NCBI GenBank assembly: GCA_963840855.1 | Contig: CAWJBB010000055.1 | Coordinates: 1-64,000 of the forward strand | DNA: 64,000 nt | Direction of reading: 5' to 3' | From: an uncultured delta proteobacterium | GTDB taxonomy: Bacteria; Desulfobacterota; Binatia; UBA9968 | Shown here: in pieces, positions 9,850 to 20,404 of the stretch | How positions within the stretch are numbered: position 1 is the stretch's first letter | Layout: each line of letters starts with the position of its first letter | Made by a program: the position numbers and the translations under genes | Notes under the pieces: generated by a model | Told to the model about the DNA's origin: nothing | Seen by the model: the letters and a program-made list of their open reading frames with translations, nothing else | Databases searched by the model: none

Positions 9850-12416
9850 ATGTCCGCTTACATTCCTGACATTCAGTTCATCCAGTTCGTCCAGTTTGGC
9901 AGGCCGGAGTTTTTCTGGCTCCTCGCCGCGCTGCCGGTTCTATGGTTACGTTTTCACGACCGGCGGCTGCTGGTCACGCTCGCACATACGCTGATCGCCA
10001 CGCTGCTGATCTTCGCCTTGGCTGATCCGCAGACGGTCACTAAGCAAACCGTGCACGAGGAGCGGCTCTTTGCCTTCGATCTCTCGCGCAGTATCGCGCC
10101 GAGCATGCGCCGCTGGATGGATCGGTACGCGCAAGGCGAGCTGGCGCCGGGCGCTAACGACCGCGTCTTTTTGTTTGGCGCCGCAGCCGTACAAACAAGC
10201 AACTGGCGCGAAGCATTGGGTAGCGGCAGCGAGAATATCTCCGGCATTGACCCCCAGAAGACCAACCTGGAAAAATTGCTAACGACATTATTGGCTTTGC
10301 CGCCCCGGCCTCGGAGTCTTTTTTTGTTTACAGACGGTTGGGAAACCGAAGGCAGCGTCGAAAGACTGTTACCACTCATTGCCGGGTCGGGGCTGAAGAT
10401 TTTCCCGATTGTGCCGGCCGAGCCGCCAAAGATTGCCAACGTCGCCGTGACCAAGCTCCAGGCTCCGAGCCACGGCAATAGCGCCGAATTGATTAATCTT
10501 AAAGTCGCGCTGGAGAACTACAGCGACCGTGACGTCGACGGGAGCCTGGCCATTGAGCGCAACGGCCGACAATTTAAAATCGACCGGATAAAACTCAAAC
10601 CGGGTAGCCATCTCTTCACTTATCCAGCCACACTGCCGGAAGATGCCGTGGCGTCTTACCGAGCAACCTTCACCCCAAGCCGATCGGAGCTCGACAACTA
10701 CGCGCCGGATAATCACGCGGTCGCTTCAGTGACGGTCAGAACCAAGGCCAAAGTGCTGCTCTTGAACGGCCGCGGTGGCGCTGGGCGTTACCTGGAGGAG
10801 GTCCTCAAACGCCAGGGATTCGACATCACCTCGCGCACGGCGGAGTCGGCGCCGCCGCCGGCGGGATTCGGCGTGGTCGTTTTCAATAACGTAGAGCGGG
10901 ACAGGTTCCCACCGGGCTATCTCGCGGCCGTGGAAAAGCATGTGGGGGCGGGCCATGGCTTCGTGATGCTCGGCAACGAAGCGAGCTTTTCGCCGGGCGC
11001 TTACCGCGGAACTCCCATCGACAGCCTTCTTCCGGTGGAACCCAAAGAACCGCCGAAGCGCGAGGAAAAGAACCGGGCCGTCGTTCTAGTCATCGATAAA
11101 TCGGGGAGCATGCGCGAGGACAATCGTATCCTCTACGCCCAGGAGGCCGCCAAGGCGGTGGCGCGCCAGCTTAATGACAACGATTTCATCGGCGTCGTCG
11201 GATTCGACATCAGCCCCTTTGTCATCATCCCCTTGTCCCAGGTCAGCAGCGTGCGCAGGGGGTTTGACGCGGAAATCGCGCGGCTCAGACCCGGCGGCCG
11301 GACTTATCTATTACCGGCTATCAACGAGGCAAAGCGGCAACTCCAACGCCAGGATGCCGCCCGCAAGCATGTCATTATACTGAGCGACGGTGAAACCGGC
11401 GGCAGCGGCGGTGACTACATCGACCTCGTGCATGTCATGCGCACCGAGCTTAAAATTACCGTCTCCGCCGTGGCCGTCGGGGCGGAAGCTAACCTGCCTT
11501 TGATGAAACGCATCACCCAATACGGCGGCGGCTTTTTTCATCATACCTTTGATCCCGCCTCGCTACCGCGCATCGTCCTGCAACAGATCCAGGAGACACC
11601 CCAAAATGAGACTCCAAAAGAACGGGAACTAATTCCCGTGCAGGAGCGGCGGTCAGAAATTCTCGGCAGCGTTACTCAGCGCGCCTTTCCGCGGGTGATT
11701 GGATATATGGAGACGGAGCTCAAGCGCGGCGCTGTTTTAGACCTCGCCATTCTGAAGGATGACGGCCGCCCACCGCTACTCGCCTCCTGGCGCTATGGCC
11801 GTGGCAAGAGTGTCGCCTTAACCATGGACATGGAAAGCCGTTATAGCCGCAACTGGATTCCGTGGAGCGGGCTGCAAGGCTTCTGGGACAATGTTCTCGG
11901 CTGGCTGCGGCCTGAAGTGGAGCCCATTCCGCTCCATGAAGCGCGCGTCAGTCTGATAAACATGCGCCCGCTTCTCGATCTTTACCTTTACGAGGAGGCA
12001 AGCGCCAACAGCCAGTTCAGCTTTTCGATTGCCGGCAAGAACGGCAAAACGGCATGCTCAAGAAACTCGCGCCCGGTCATTTTCAAACCGATCTACCGAT
12101 CAGCAAGCCGGGGGATTACAAGATCGAACTGTGGGAGTTGCGGCGCGAGCGCCGAATCGCGTTCCCCGCCGTGAGCTATTCCCTGCCCTATGACCTCAAC
12201 GGTGAACTTCCCCGGCCCGGATTCAACACGGCCCTGTTGGCCGAGCTGGCCCAGGCGTCGGGTGGGGAGATCAATCCGCGACCGCGCGATATTGCGCAAG
12301 AACCAGCGGTTACGAACCGTTTAGAGCCTAAACGCTATCCGCTAATTGCCCTGGCCTTCCTTCTTTTCCTAATTGAGGTGGCTTTGCGAAAGTTTGTCCT
12401 CTCTGAAGCCGATTAG
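9850..12416 (+). CDS. vWA domain protein with glutamine-amidotransferase-like domain (frameshift ~12050)
   Basis: DLSRS and DKSGSM MIDAS motifs, LFTDG, ILSDG, PLLASWRYGRGK; 12054..12416 supplies the C-terminal LAQASGG + TM. Confidence 0.8.
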
Positions 12417-12541
12417 TGCTTAAATAGCCTTTCCTGTCATAACACAGGTCAAAAAGTCGATAGATTATCGGATTTTACGTTTGACAGCGGCTAGATAATC
12501 GCTTATTAGTGGTAAGATTTTTGCTTCTGAGAGAGTAGCTC

Positions 12542-13933
12542 ATGAAACCAAGCGCGTGTAACAACATCCGCGTAGCCAGCTGGCGGCGATTGCGATTTTA
12601 CAATGTAATTAGAACCTTGCTATGGTTCTCGGCCTGTGCCGCGGTGCTGAGCTTGATCCCCTCTAAGTCCCAAGCCGCCAGACAAAAGAGTCTTAAAACT
12701 ACAACTGTGAAGGGCAAATCCGACACCCCTCCTGTGCGCAAATTGGCGAAGCCGCCCGTTCCAAGACTGTTTAATAGAGAAAAAACGAATCCAGACATCG
12801 AACCTCTGGAAATCCGGGAGCATGTGGTTCATAGAGCCGGGCGGAACGAGACACTGCCGGGAATTCTCAATCAATTCAGACTGTCGCACACCGAAAAACA
12901 AACATGGAGTCGATCAATATTGGCCAGTTTCGGCGGGCAACCTCTGCCCAGGGGAAAGGAAGTCCATTTTTATTTTGCCAAGGGTGCAGGGGTGGGGCGC
13001 TTCAACTCTCCGGTGCAGTTGACGGCGGTGGAGATGGATCAGAGCGACGCCATGTCCCTGATATGGGAAAAGGACGGCCAGACGATTCTCTTCCAAAGAC
13101 TTGAAAGACCCTATGACGTTGAAGTTCAAACCGTCAGCGCCCAAATCGAGAGTTCCTTATATGAGGATGGGCGCAAGGCTGGAATAGAACCGGCCTTATT
13201 GTCGCAGCTGACCGATATCTTCACCTGGGACCTGGATCTGGAAAAAGGCCTGGGTAATGGCGATAGCGTCAAGGTTCTTTACGAGAAAAGGACCCGTAAG
13301 CTCAAGCAGGCCAAATCGTCCTTGCGGATCTTGGCTGCTGAACTCGTCAACGCCGGCCAGAAGTTCACAGCGATCTATTTTGAAAAGCAAAAAGGTATGG
13401 GCGGGTATTACGATCTGGACGGTAGAAGCCTCGCCCGCAGCTTTCTGAGATTCCCACTGGAGTTTGCCGATATAACGTCCCATTTTGGTGAGTCGCGGTT
13501 TCATCCTATCCTGAAAACTCATGTGCCTCACACCGGCGTCGATTTTGCGGCCGAAAGAGGCACACCGGTGCGCGCCGTGGGCGACGGAGTAATTGCCCTG
13601 GCCGGTTGGCAGGGGCGCTACGGCAAGGCCATCGACCTGCAACATGACGCCAGGTATATGTCCCGCTATGCTCACCTGCAAAATTTCGCCGATGGAATCC
13701 GCAACGGTGTCGAAGTAAAGAAGGGCCAGATCATCGGTTACGTGGGTTCCACGGGCAGGAGCACCGGCCCCCATCTACATTTTGAACTCTACAAAGACCA
13801 GCAATACGTCAACCCGCTCAGCGTCGATTTTCCCGCCGAGGATACCATCGAGCCCGGCCTGCTGAGAGTGTTCGACAACCAGAAGCGCACCTATCTCGTG
13901 GAACTCTCCGCCGCGCTCCATACTGGATCATAA
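12542..13933 (+). CDS. M23 family peptidoglycan DD-metalloendopeptidase (MepM-like)
   Basis: HTGVDFAA, YAHL, GSTGRSTGPHLHFE. Confidence 0.92.
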   Translation: MKPSACNNIRVASWRRLRFYNVIRTLLWFSACAAVLSLIPSKSQAARQKSLKTTTVKGKSDTPPVRKLAKPPVPRLFNREKTNPDIEPLEIREHVVHRAGRNETLPGILNQFRLSHTEKQTWSRSILASFGGQPLPRGKEVHFYFAKGAGVGRFNSPVQLTAVEMDQSDAMSLIWEKDGQTILFQRLERPYDVEVQTVSAQIESSLYEDGRKAGIEPALLSQLTDIFTWDLDLEKGLGNGDSVKVLYEKRTRKLKQAKSSLRILAAELVNAGQKFTAIYFEKQKGMGGYYDLDGRSLARSFLRFPLEFADITSHFGESRFHPILKTHVPHTGVDFAAERGTPVRAVGDGVIALAGWQGRYGKAIDLQHDARYMSRYAHLQNFADGIRNGVEVKKGQIIGYVGSTGRSTGPHLHFELYKDQQYVNPLSVDFPAEDTIEPGLLRVFDNQKRTYLVELSAALHTGS

Positions 13934-14079
13934 AAGGGGCCGGCGCCCGACACTGCCGGCCGGGTACTTTATTCAACCGGAACTGAGCTGGCTTCTCTTG
14001 GTTGGGCATCGCCTCCACTATATTTGACTTTTCGGTTATGGGTGGCATCCGCCACGCGCGGCTATCGCCTGGGTGCTTA

Positions 14080-14541
14080 ATGCGCGCTATCACTTTGCTC
14101 GCCGCCACCGGCGCAGGGGTAGGATACCTGCCGTGGCTGCCTGGAACTTTCGGCACTTGCCTAGCTATTCCCTTTTCCCTCGCCCTCAATCAGCTGGCCA
14201 CCCAGTCGTTTTACAGCGCCCTCGTTGCGCTGGCGGGATTCACGGCATTCGCTATCTGGTTGTCAGGCAAAGCCTCAGCGATCCTGGGTCTTAAAGACCC
14301 GCAAGTCATCGTGATCGATGAAATCGCTGGGTTCCTCATCGCCAATTTTCTCAACCAGCCGAAGCTCTCCTCATTGATCCTGGCTTTTATTCTGTTTCGC
14401 TTTTTCGATATTGTTAAACCGTTCCCAGCCGCCAAAGCCGAAAGGCTGCCGGGCGGTTTCGGCATCGTCCTCGACGATGTAGTGGCCGGTTTATATGTTA
14501 TTGTGACCTTATATATGTTGGCCCGTTGGAGTTTGGTGTGA
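14080..14541 (+). CDS. pgpA: Phosphatidylglycerophosphatase A
   Basis: PGTFGT, KDPQVIVIDEIAG, FRFFDIVKPFP, GIVLDDVVAG. Confidence 0.93.
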   Translation: MRAITLLAATGAGVGYLPWLPGTFGTCLAIPFSLALNQLATQSFYSALVALAGFTAFAIWLSGKASAILGLKDPQVIVIDEIAGFLIANFLNQPKLSSLILAFILFRFFDIVKPFPAAKAERLPGGFGIVLDDVVAGLYVIVTLYMLARWSLV

Positions 14542-15269
14542 GTGAAACATCGGGGATATCCGGTGCCGCGGTTGAGGCCCTAGGGACCTGGGTGTTTAAG
14601 GTCTGCGGCTTGTCTGAGACCGAGTTGGGCGAGCTATTGGCCCCGGTCGATTTCGGCCGCGACGCCAGGCTCTCCATCATCGCTCGCTATCCGGACTTAA
14701 CTGTGCGGCTGGCGGTTGATAACGGGGACGAACAAAAATCGACGCGCCTGCGCGAGCAAGTCCGCGCTATTCTAGGTTCTCACGTTTACGCCGAAGGCGA
14801 GCGAACCTTGGAGGAAGTGGTCGGCGAGTTATTGCTCGCGAGACAACAGACTCTGGCGCTGGCCGAGTCCTGTACCGGCGGCTATATCAGCCATCGCATT
14901 ACCCGGGTTGCTGGCAGCTCGGCTTATTACTTTGGCGGCGCTGTGACCTATTCCAACGAAGCGAAAATGCTTTTCCTCGGCGTCAAATCCGAAACCCTGG
15001 AACGACACGGAGCGGTAAGTCGGGAAACCGCGTTGGCAATGTCCAAGGGAATAAGAGAGCGAACCGGCGCGAGCATCGGTCTCAGTGTTACCGGCGTCGC
15101 CGGTCCGAGCGGCGGGAGCAACGAGAAACCCGTGGGTACCGTATGGATCAGCATCGCGCGCGAGGCCGATCACGAGGCCCGCCGGTTTCAATTCCGCGGC
15201 GAGCGCGAGGGGATTATTTTCGGGACCTCGCAGGCGGCGCTGGACTGGCTGCGCCGGTGCCTTCTTTAG
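14538..15269 (+). CDS. cinA: CinA/PncC family nicotinamide-nucleotide amidohydrolase (lacks the N-terminal MoCF domain)
   Basis: LALAESCTGG, GSSAYY, YSNEAK, HGAVS, VTGVAGPSGG, KPVGTV; pgpA-cinA-thpR-recA synteny. Confidence 0.85.
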   Translation: MSETSGISGAAVEALGTWVFKVCGLSETELGELLAPVDFGRDARLSIIARYPDLTVRLAVDNGDEQKSTRLREQVRAILGSHVYAEGERTLEEVVGELLLARQQTLALAESCTGGYISHRITRVAGSSAYYFGGAVTYSNEAKMLFLGVKSETLERHGAVSRETALAMSKGIRERTGASIGLSVTGVAGPSGGSNEKPVGTVWISIAREADHEARRFQFRGEREGIIFGTSQAALDWLRRCLL

Positions 15270-15281
15270 CAGAAGACGCCG

Positions 15282-15359
15282 GTTCAATGTTCAAAGTTCA
15301 AGGTTCAACGTTCGGATTCGGAATCACAACCTTTGAACGTTGAACCTTGAACTTTGAAC
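15282..15359. repeat. Heptamer (GTTCAAN)n inverted-repeat element
   Basis: Perfect 25-bp stem 15289-15313 / 15335-15359 built of 7-nt units. Confidence 0.9.
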
Positions 15360-15377
15360 TATACCGGGTGAGCAATC

Positions 15378-15941
15378 ATGATACGAGCCTTTGTTGCCAT
15401 CGAAATCGATCAAGCAATCATCCAGGGGATTTTTGCAACCACGGATGAATTGAGACAAAAGATCTCGGGCATCCGTTGGACTCCCCAGACCAATTGTCAC
15501 CTCACGCTGAAGTTCCTCGGCGATGTCGACGCGGGGCAAATTGAAGCCATCGGCCAAGTGCTTGAGCGCGAGATAAGCCTCTTTCCGCGCTTCACCATAA
15601 GTGCTAAAGGTTTAGGAGTATTTCCGGATGCGACGAGACCGCGCGTCCTGTGGGTCGGTGTCGAAGGCAAACCGTTGGCCGAATTGGCTGAGAGGGTTGA
15701 AAAAGCGCTGGTGACGCTTGGTTTTGCGCGGGAGAAGAGAAAGTTCACGCCCCATTTAACCATCGGCCGGTGGCGGCAGTTCAAGCGCTCGGAAAACAAT
15801 CTCACGGATGCTCTGGCCAAGTGCCAAGACCGTGACTTCGGCAGCTCCATCGTGCATGAAGTCGTACTGTTTCAAAGCATCCTGAATCCAAGCGGCGCGG
15901 AGTATCGCCGGCTCAAGGCCGCGCTGCTCTGCGACCCATGA
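15378..15941 (+). CDS. thpR: RNA 2',3'-cyclic phosphodiesterase
   Basis: [14 protein letters not shown] and PHLTIGR (two HxT motifs). Confidence 0.92.
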   Translation: MIRAFVAIEIDQAIIQGIFATTDELRQKISGIRWTPQTNCHLTLKFLGDVDAGQIEAIGQVLEREISLFPRFTISAKGLGVFPDATRPRVLWVGVEGKPLAELAERVEKALVTLGFAREKRKFTPHLTIGRWRQFKRSENNLTDALAKCQDRDFGSSIVHEVVLFQSILNPSGAEYRRLKAALLCDP

Positions 15942-15978
15942 GCGTTTGCTTGACGAAATTCCAAGGAGGCGGACAACT

Positions 15979-17034
15979 ATGGATGTCAATCGGGAAAAAG
16001 CCATTGATCTCGCGGTAAGCCAAATCGAGCGGCAATTCGGCAAAGGGGCCATCATGAAGCTCGGCGAGGGGAGCGTGCCGAAGGACCATCCGGTAATTTC
16101 GAGCGGCTCGCTCGGCCTTGACATTGCTCTCGGCATCGGCGGCGTGCCGCGCGGGCGGGTGATCGAAATTTACGGGCCCGAGTCTTCCGGTAAAACCACA
16201 CTGGCGCTCCATATCGTAGCGGAAGCGCAAAAACTTGGAGGCATGGGCGCTTTCATCGATGCTGAGCACGCCCTCGACATCGGCTACGCCAAGAAGCTTG
16301 GCGTTAAGACCGACGATCTCCTGATTTCCCAGCCCGATCATGGCGAGCAGGCCCTTGAAATAGCCGAGACGTTGGTGCGCAGCGGCGCCATCGACGTCCT
16401 GGTCATCGACTCGGTAGCCGCGCTGGTACCCAAAGCCGAAATCGAAGGCGAGATGGGCGACGCTCATATGGGACTCCAAGCGCGGCTCATGTCTCAGGCC
16501 CTGCGTAAACTCACGGCGACGATTTCACGCTCGAACACCGTGGTCACTTTCATCAATCAGATTCGCATGAAGATCGGCGTCATGTTCGGCAACCCGGAAA
16601 CCACTACCGGCGGCAACGCGCTCAAATTCTACGCTTCGGTGCGGATGGACATCCGGCGCATCGGCGCTCTCAAAGACGGCGATACTATCGTCGGCGGGCG
16701 CACGCGGGTGAAGGTCGTCAAAAACAAAATGGCGCCGCCGTTCAAGGAAGCGGAATTTGATATCCTATACGGCACCGGCATATCCCGCGACGGCGAAATT
16801 ATCGATCTCGGCAGCGATATGGGCGTGGTGGAAAAAAGCGGCGCATGGTATTCCTTCGGCGGCGAGCGCATTGGTCAGGGGCGTGAAGCGGCCAAGCAAT
16901 TCATGAAAGAACATCCGGCTACCGCGGCCCAAATAATGGCCAAAGTCATGGAAAAGACCGGGCTGAAAAAAGCTGAAGCGCCCGTGCCGGCGGCGGAAAA
17001 AAAGGCTCAAGGGAAAGTGCCACAAAAGGTTTGA
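15979..17034 (+). CDS. recA: Recombinase RecA
   Basis: [38 protein letters not shown]; RBS AAGGAGG. Confidence 0.99.
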   Translation: MDVNREKAIDLAVSQIERQFGKGAIMKLGEGSVPKDHPVISSGSLGLDIALGIGGVPRGRVIEIYGPESSGKTTLALHIVAEAQKLGGMGAFIDAEHALDIGYAKKLGVKTDDLLISQPDHGEQALEIAETLVRSGAIDVLVIDSVAALVPKAEIEGEMGDAHMGLQARLMSQALRKLTATISRSNTVVTFINQIRMKIGVMFGNPETTTGGNALKFYASVRMDIRRIGALKDGDTIVGGRTRVKVVKNKMAPPFKEAEFDILYGTGISRDGEIIDLGSDMGVVEKSGAWYSFGGERIGQGREAAKQFMKEHPATAAQIMAKVMEKTGLKKAEAPVPAAEKKAQGKVPQKV

Positions 17035-17041
17035 CGCAGTT

Positions 17042-17530
17042 CTGAAACCGCAACGGCCCAGTTCCAAACCGATTAACGCCTCCGGAGAGGCACTCAAGAC
17101 GGCGCTTCGTTTCCTCGGCCGGCGCGCGCGCAGCGAAGCGGAAATAACCGAGCATCTAAAACGCAAGGGTTATGCCCCGGCTCTGGCAACGCTGACGCTG
17201 GAACAGCTCCGCCGATCGCGCTATGCCGGCGACGAAGGTTTTGCGCGCGATTGGGCGCGCTCGCGCGCCGATGGTCGCGGTTACGGGCCGCGCAGAATCG
17301 AACTGGAACTACGCGCCAAGGGCATCGATGAGCCGCTCATCCTCGATGCGTTACGCGAAACCTTCGGCGCCAATAACGAGCGTGAAAGGGCCAGGCTAGT
17401 TCTGGAGAAACGCTTCCGGCGCGAAAGGCTCGACGATGGCAAAATCTTGCGGCGCGCCGCGGCTTTCTTGCAGCGCCGCGGCTACAGTAAAACTGTGATT
17501 CTAGATCTCTTGCGACAACACGAAGATTGA
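17042..17530 (+). CDS. recX: Regulatory protein RecX (non-canonical start, absent from ORF track)
   Basis: Manual translation: ALRFLGRRARSEAEITEHLKRKGY...DEGFARDW...GYGPRRIELELRAKGI...AAFLQRRGY; stop TGA 17528-17530; lies between recA and alaS. Confidence 0.88.
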   Translation: MKPQRPSSKPINASGEALKTALRFLGRRARSEAEITEHLKRKGYAPALATLTLEQLRRSRYAGDEGFARDWARSRADGRGYGPRRIELELRAKGIDEPLILDALRETFGANNERERARLVLEKRFRRERLDDGKILRRAAAFLQRRGYSKTVILDLLRQHED

Positions 17531-17537
17531 CAAAGGC

Positions 17538-20174
17538 ATGATGACCGGCAACGACATCCGCAAATCCTTCCTGGACTATTTCATTAAACAAGGCCATACG
17601 GCGGTCAAAAGTTCGTCGCTAGTGCCCGACAAGGATCCGACGCTCTTGTTCACCAACGCCGGCATGGTCCAATTCAAGAACGTGTTCCTCGGCCAGGAGC
17701 GGCTACCCTATGTGCGCGCCGCCAGCTCGCAAAAATGCCTGCGCATCAGCGGCAAGCATAATGACCTGGAAGCGGTGGGAAGGGATACCTACCATCACAC
17801 GTTTTTCGAGATGCTCGGCAACTGGTCCTTCGGCGACTATTACAAGGCCGAAGCCATCGAATGGGCGTGGGAGCTGCTCACCAAAGAATGGGGCTTGCCC
17901 AAAGATAAGCTCTGGGCCACGGTCTATCTGGACGATGATCAGGCGGAGAAGCTGTGGGCTAAAATCAGCGGCCTGCCCATGGAGCGGATTTGCCGCTTCG
18001 GTGAGAAAGACAACTTTTGGGAGATGGGCGAGACCGGTCCATGCGGCCCGTGCAGCGAGATTCACCTCGATCGCGGCCCGCAAGCTTGCGACAAGCAAGG
18101 CCGCGCTGGGCATGAATGCCGCGTGAATGGCGACTGTGCCCGTTATATCGAGCTCTGGAATTTGGTCTTCATCCAATACAACCGTCGTGAAGACCGCAGT
18201 TTATCCGAGCTGCCGGCCAAGCACGTCGACACCGGCATGGGGCTCGAACGCATTACCGCAGTCTTGCAGAACGTTTTGTCGAACTACGACATCGACTTCA
18301 TGCGCGCTCTGACTGCCGCCACGGAAGCATTAACCGGGAGGAAATACGGCGCCGATCCGGCGGCCGATATTTCGTTTCGCGTCATCGACGACCACGCGCG
18401 GGCGGTCAGTTTTTTGATCGCCGACGGCGTTATGCCGAGCAACGAGGGGCGCGGTTACGTGCTGCGCCGGCTCCTCCGCAGAGCGGCGCGCCATGGCAGG
18501 TTAATCGGCTTGAAAGAACCGTTCTTGCACAAGGTCGCAACTACGGTGGCGGCTGTGATGGGAGACGCTTATCCCGAATTGCGCGCTGAGGAACAACGCA
18601 TCGGCGAAATCATTCGCAGCGAAGAGGAGCGTTTCGGCGAAACCTTGGATCGCGGCCTTGTGCTGCTCGAAGAAGCCACGGCGAAACTGAAAGCCGCAAA
18701 ACAGAAAACCTTGCCCGGTGAGGTCGCCTTTCGGCTTTACGACACCTATGGTTTTCCGCTGGATCTCACCGAAGACATTCTGAGCGGCGAAGACATGGTC
18801 GTCGATCAAGCCGGCTTCGGAAAACTCATGGAGGAGCAAAGAACCCGCGGTCGCGAAGCGCGCGAAGCCACCAGCATGGAATCGAAAATAGTGTTGGACC
18901 GCGCAGTGTGTTTCACCGGCTACGACCGCTTGGAAGGAGACTCGACGGTACTGGCGATTTACGGCAACGGCGAAGGCAAGCGGGAAGCCGTTGAAGGAGA
19001 GGAAATCGAAATTCTGACCGCCGAGACGCCTTTTTATGGCGAATCGGGTGGACAGGTGGGTGACCGCGGCACGATCCAAACCTCGCGCGGCGATATTGTC
19101 GAAGTTATCGACACCCAACACCCGACTCCGCAGCTCATTGCCCACCGGGCGCGAGTCAAGAAGGGGCGCGTTCAGGTTGGCGATAAAGTAGGGTTGTCGG
19201 TCGACCCGAAGCACCGGCGACGGACCATGCTCAATCATTCGGCGACTCATATTTTGCATGCGGTGCTGCGCCGCGAGTTGGGCGCCCATGTGCGCCAGGC
19301 TGGATCGCTGGTGGCGCCAGACCGGTTGCGCTTCGATTTCCATCACACCGGCGCGATTGCCGATGAAAAGCTCGCTCAGATCGAAGCCCAGGTTAACGGC
19401 TACATCCGGGCGGACGCCGACGTGAGAATCGACGAGATGAACTACCAGGAGGCCATTCGCGCGGGCGCGTTGGCGTTCTTCGGCGACAAATACGGCGATC
19501 GGGTGCGCGTCGTCAAGATCGGCGGCTTTTCCACGGAGCTTTGCGGCGGCACCCATGTCGAGCGTTCGGGAGAAATCGGCCTTTTCAAGCTTCCCTTCGA
19601 ATCCGGCGTCGCCGCCGGCGTGCGCCGCGTCGAGGCCTTCACCGGCGAAGGCGCGCTTGAGTTGGTCAGCAGCTACGAGCAGCGGCTCAAGGAAATCGGC
19701 GCTCTGGTGCGTGGCAGCGCCGATGACGCCGTCGACAAAGTGAAAAAACTACTGGAACGTCAAAGAGAACTGGAAAGGGAAATCGAAAAGCTGCGCGGCC
19801 AGTTCGGAAAAGACCAGATTCCTGAGCTGCTCGATAAAAAGCAGTCGGTGGACGGCATAAATATCTTGGTCAGCCGGGTAGACGGACTGGACGCCAAGCA
19901 GTTGCGCGACATGGCGGATCAAATAAACGAAAAACTCGGCTCCGGCGTCGTCGTCCTGGCCAGTGCGGGCGAGTCCAATGTCAATCTAGTCGCGTCGGTC
20001 AGCAAAGACCTGACAAAAAAATATCACGCCGGGAATATTATCAAGGAGCTGGCGCGCATGGTCGGTGGCGGCGGCGGCGGCCGGCCCGATTTCGCGCAAG
20101 CCGGCGGCAAAGAGCCGGGCCAGATCGCCGCCGCTCTAAAGCGCGCCGAGGAGCTCATCCGTCAAGCAAATTAA
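17538..20174 (+). CDS. alaS: Alanine--tRNA ligase
   Basis: LLFTNAGMVQFK, HHTFFEMLGNWSFGDY, DTGMGLER, HSATH, ELCGGTH, GGGGRPDFAQAG. Confidence 0.99.
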   Translation: MMTGNDIRKSFLDYFIKQGHTAVKSSSLVPDKDPTLLFTNAGMVQFKNVFLGQERLPYVRAASSQKCLRISGKHNDLEAVGRDTYHHTFFEMLGNWSFGDYYKAEAIEWAWELLTKEWGLPKDKLWATVYLDDDQAEKLWAKISGLPMERICRFGEKDNFWEMGETGPCGPCSEIHLDRGPQACDKQGRAGHECRVNGDCARYIELWNLVFIQYNRREDRSLSELPAKHVDTGMGLERITAVLQNVLSNYDIDFMRALTAATEALTGRKYGADPAADISFRVIDDHARAVSFLIADGVMPSNEGRGYVLRRLLRRAARHGRLIGLKEPFLHKVATTVAAVMGDAYPELRAEEQRIGEIIRSEEERFGETLDRGLVLLEEATAKLKAAKQKTLPGEVAFRLYDTYGFPLDLTEDILSGEDMVVDQAGFGKLMEEQRTRGREAREATSMESKIVLDRAVCFTGYDRLEGDSTVLAIYGNGEGKREAVEGEEIEILTAETPFYGESGGQVGDRGTIQTSRGDIVEVIDTQHPTPQLIAHRARVKKGRVQVGDKVGLSVDPKHRRRTMLNHSATHILHAVLRRELGAHVRQAGSLVAPDRLRFDFHHTGAIADEKLAQIEAQVNGYIRADADVRIDEMNYQEAIRAGALAFFGDKYGDRVRVVKIGGFSTELCGGTHVERSGEIGLFKLPFESGVAAGVRRVEAFTGEGALELVSSYEQRLKEIGALVRGSADDAVDKVKKLLERQRELEREIEKLRGQFGKDQIPELLDKKQSVDGINILVSRVDGLDAKQLRDMADQINEKLGSGVVVLASAGESNVNLVASVSKDLTKKYHAGNIIKELARMVGGGGGGRPDFAQAGGKEPGQIAAALKRAEELIRQAN

Positions 20175-20249
20175 TGAACGCCGATCATCCTTCCGTGATT
20201 GATACACTTATATTTTGCATGCGCGCGCGACGGCGACCCGAACGATTCG

Positions 20250-20365
20250 GTTCAACGTCCAAAGTTCAAGGTTCAACGCCTGCCCTGAGCTTGTCGAACG
20301 GGTTCAAGGTTGGGAGATTGAACCCGAAATCCGAAACATTGAACTTTGAACATTGAACCTTGAAC
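20250..20365. repeat. Heptamer (GTTCAAN)n inverted-repeat element with nested CCTGAGCTTGTCGAA REP-like unit
   Basis: GTTCAAC GTCCAAA GTTCAAG GTTCAAC ... ATTGAAC TTTGAAC ATTGAAC CTTGAAC. Confidence 0.85.
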
Positions 20366-20404
20366 TCTAAGCCGGCACCAAAGTGCCGGCACTGGAGAGA
20401 GCGA

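Noticed and set aside
20174-20356. 60-aa ORF after alaS
   Set aside because: Mostly translation of the heptamer/REP repeat (SKVQGS.., TLNFE)
15282-20365. GTTCAA tandem units as CRISPR arrays
   Set aside because: Units are 7 nt, form inverted arms and have no unique spacers; no cas genes in the window
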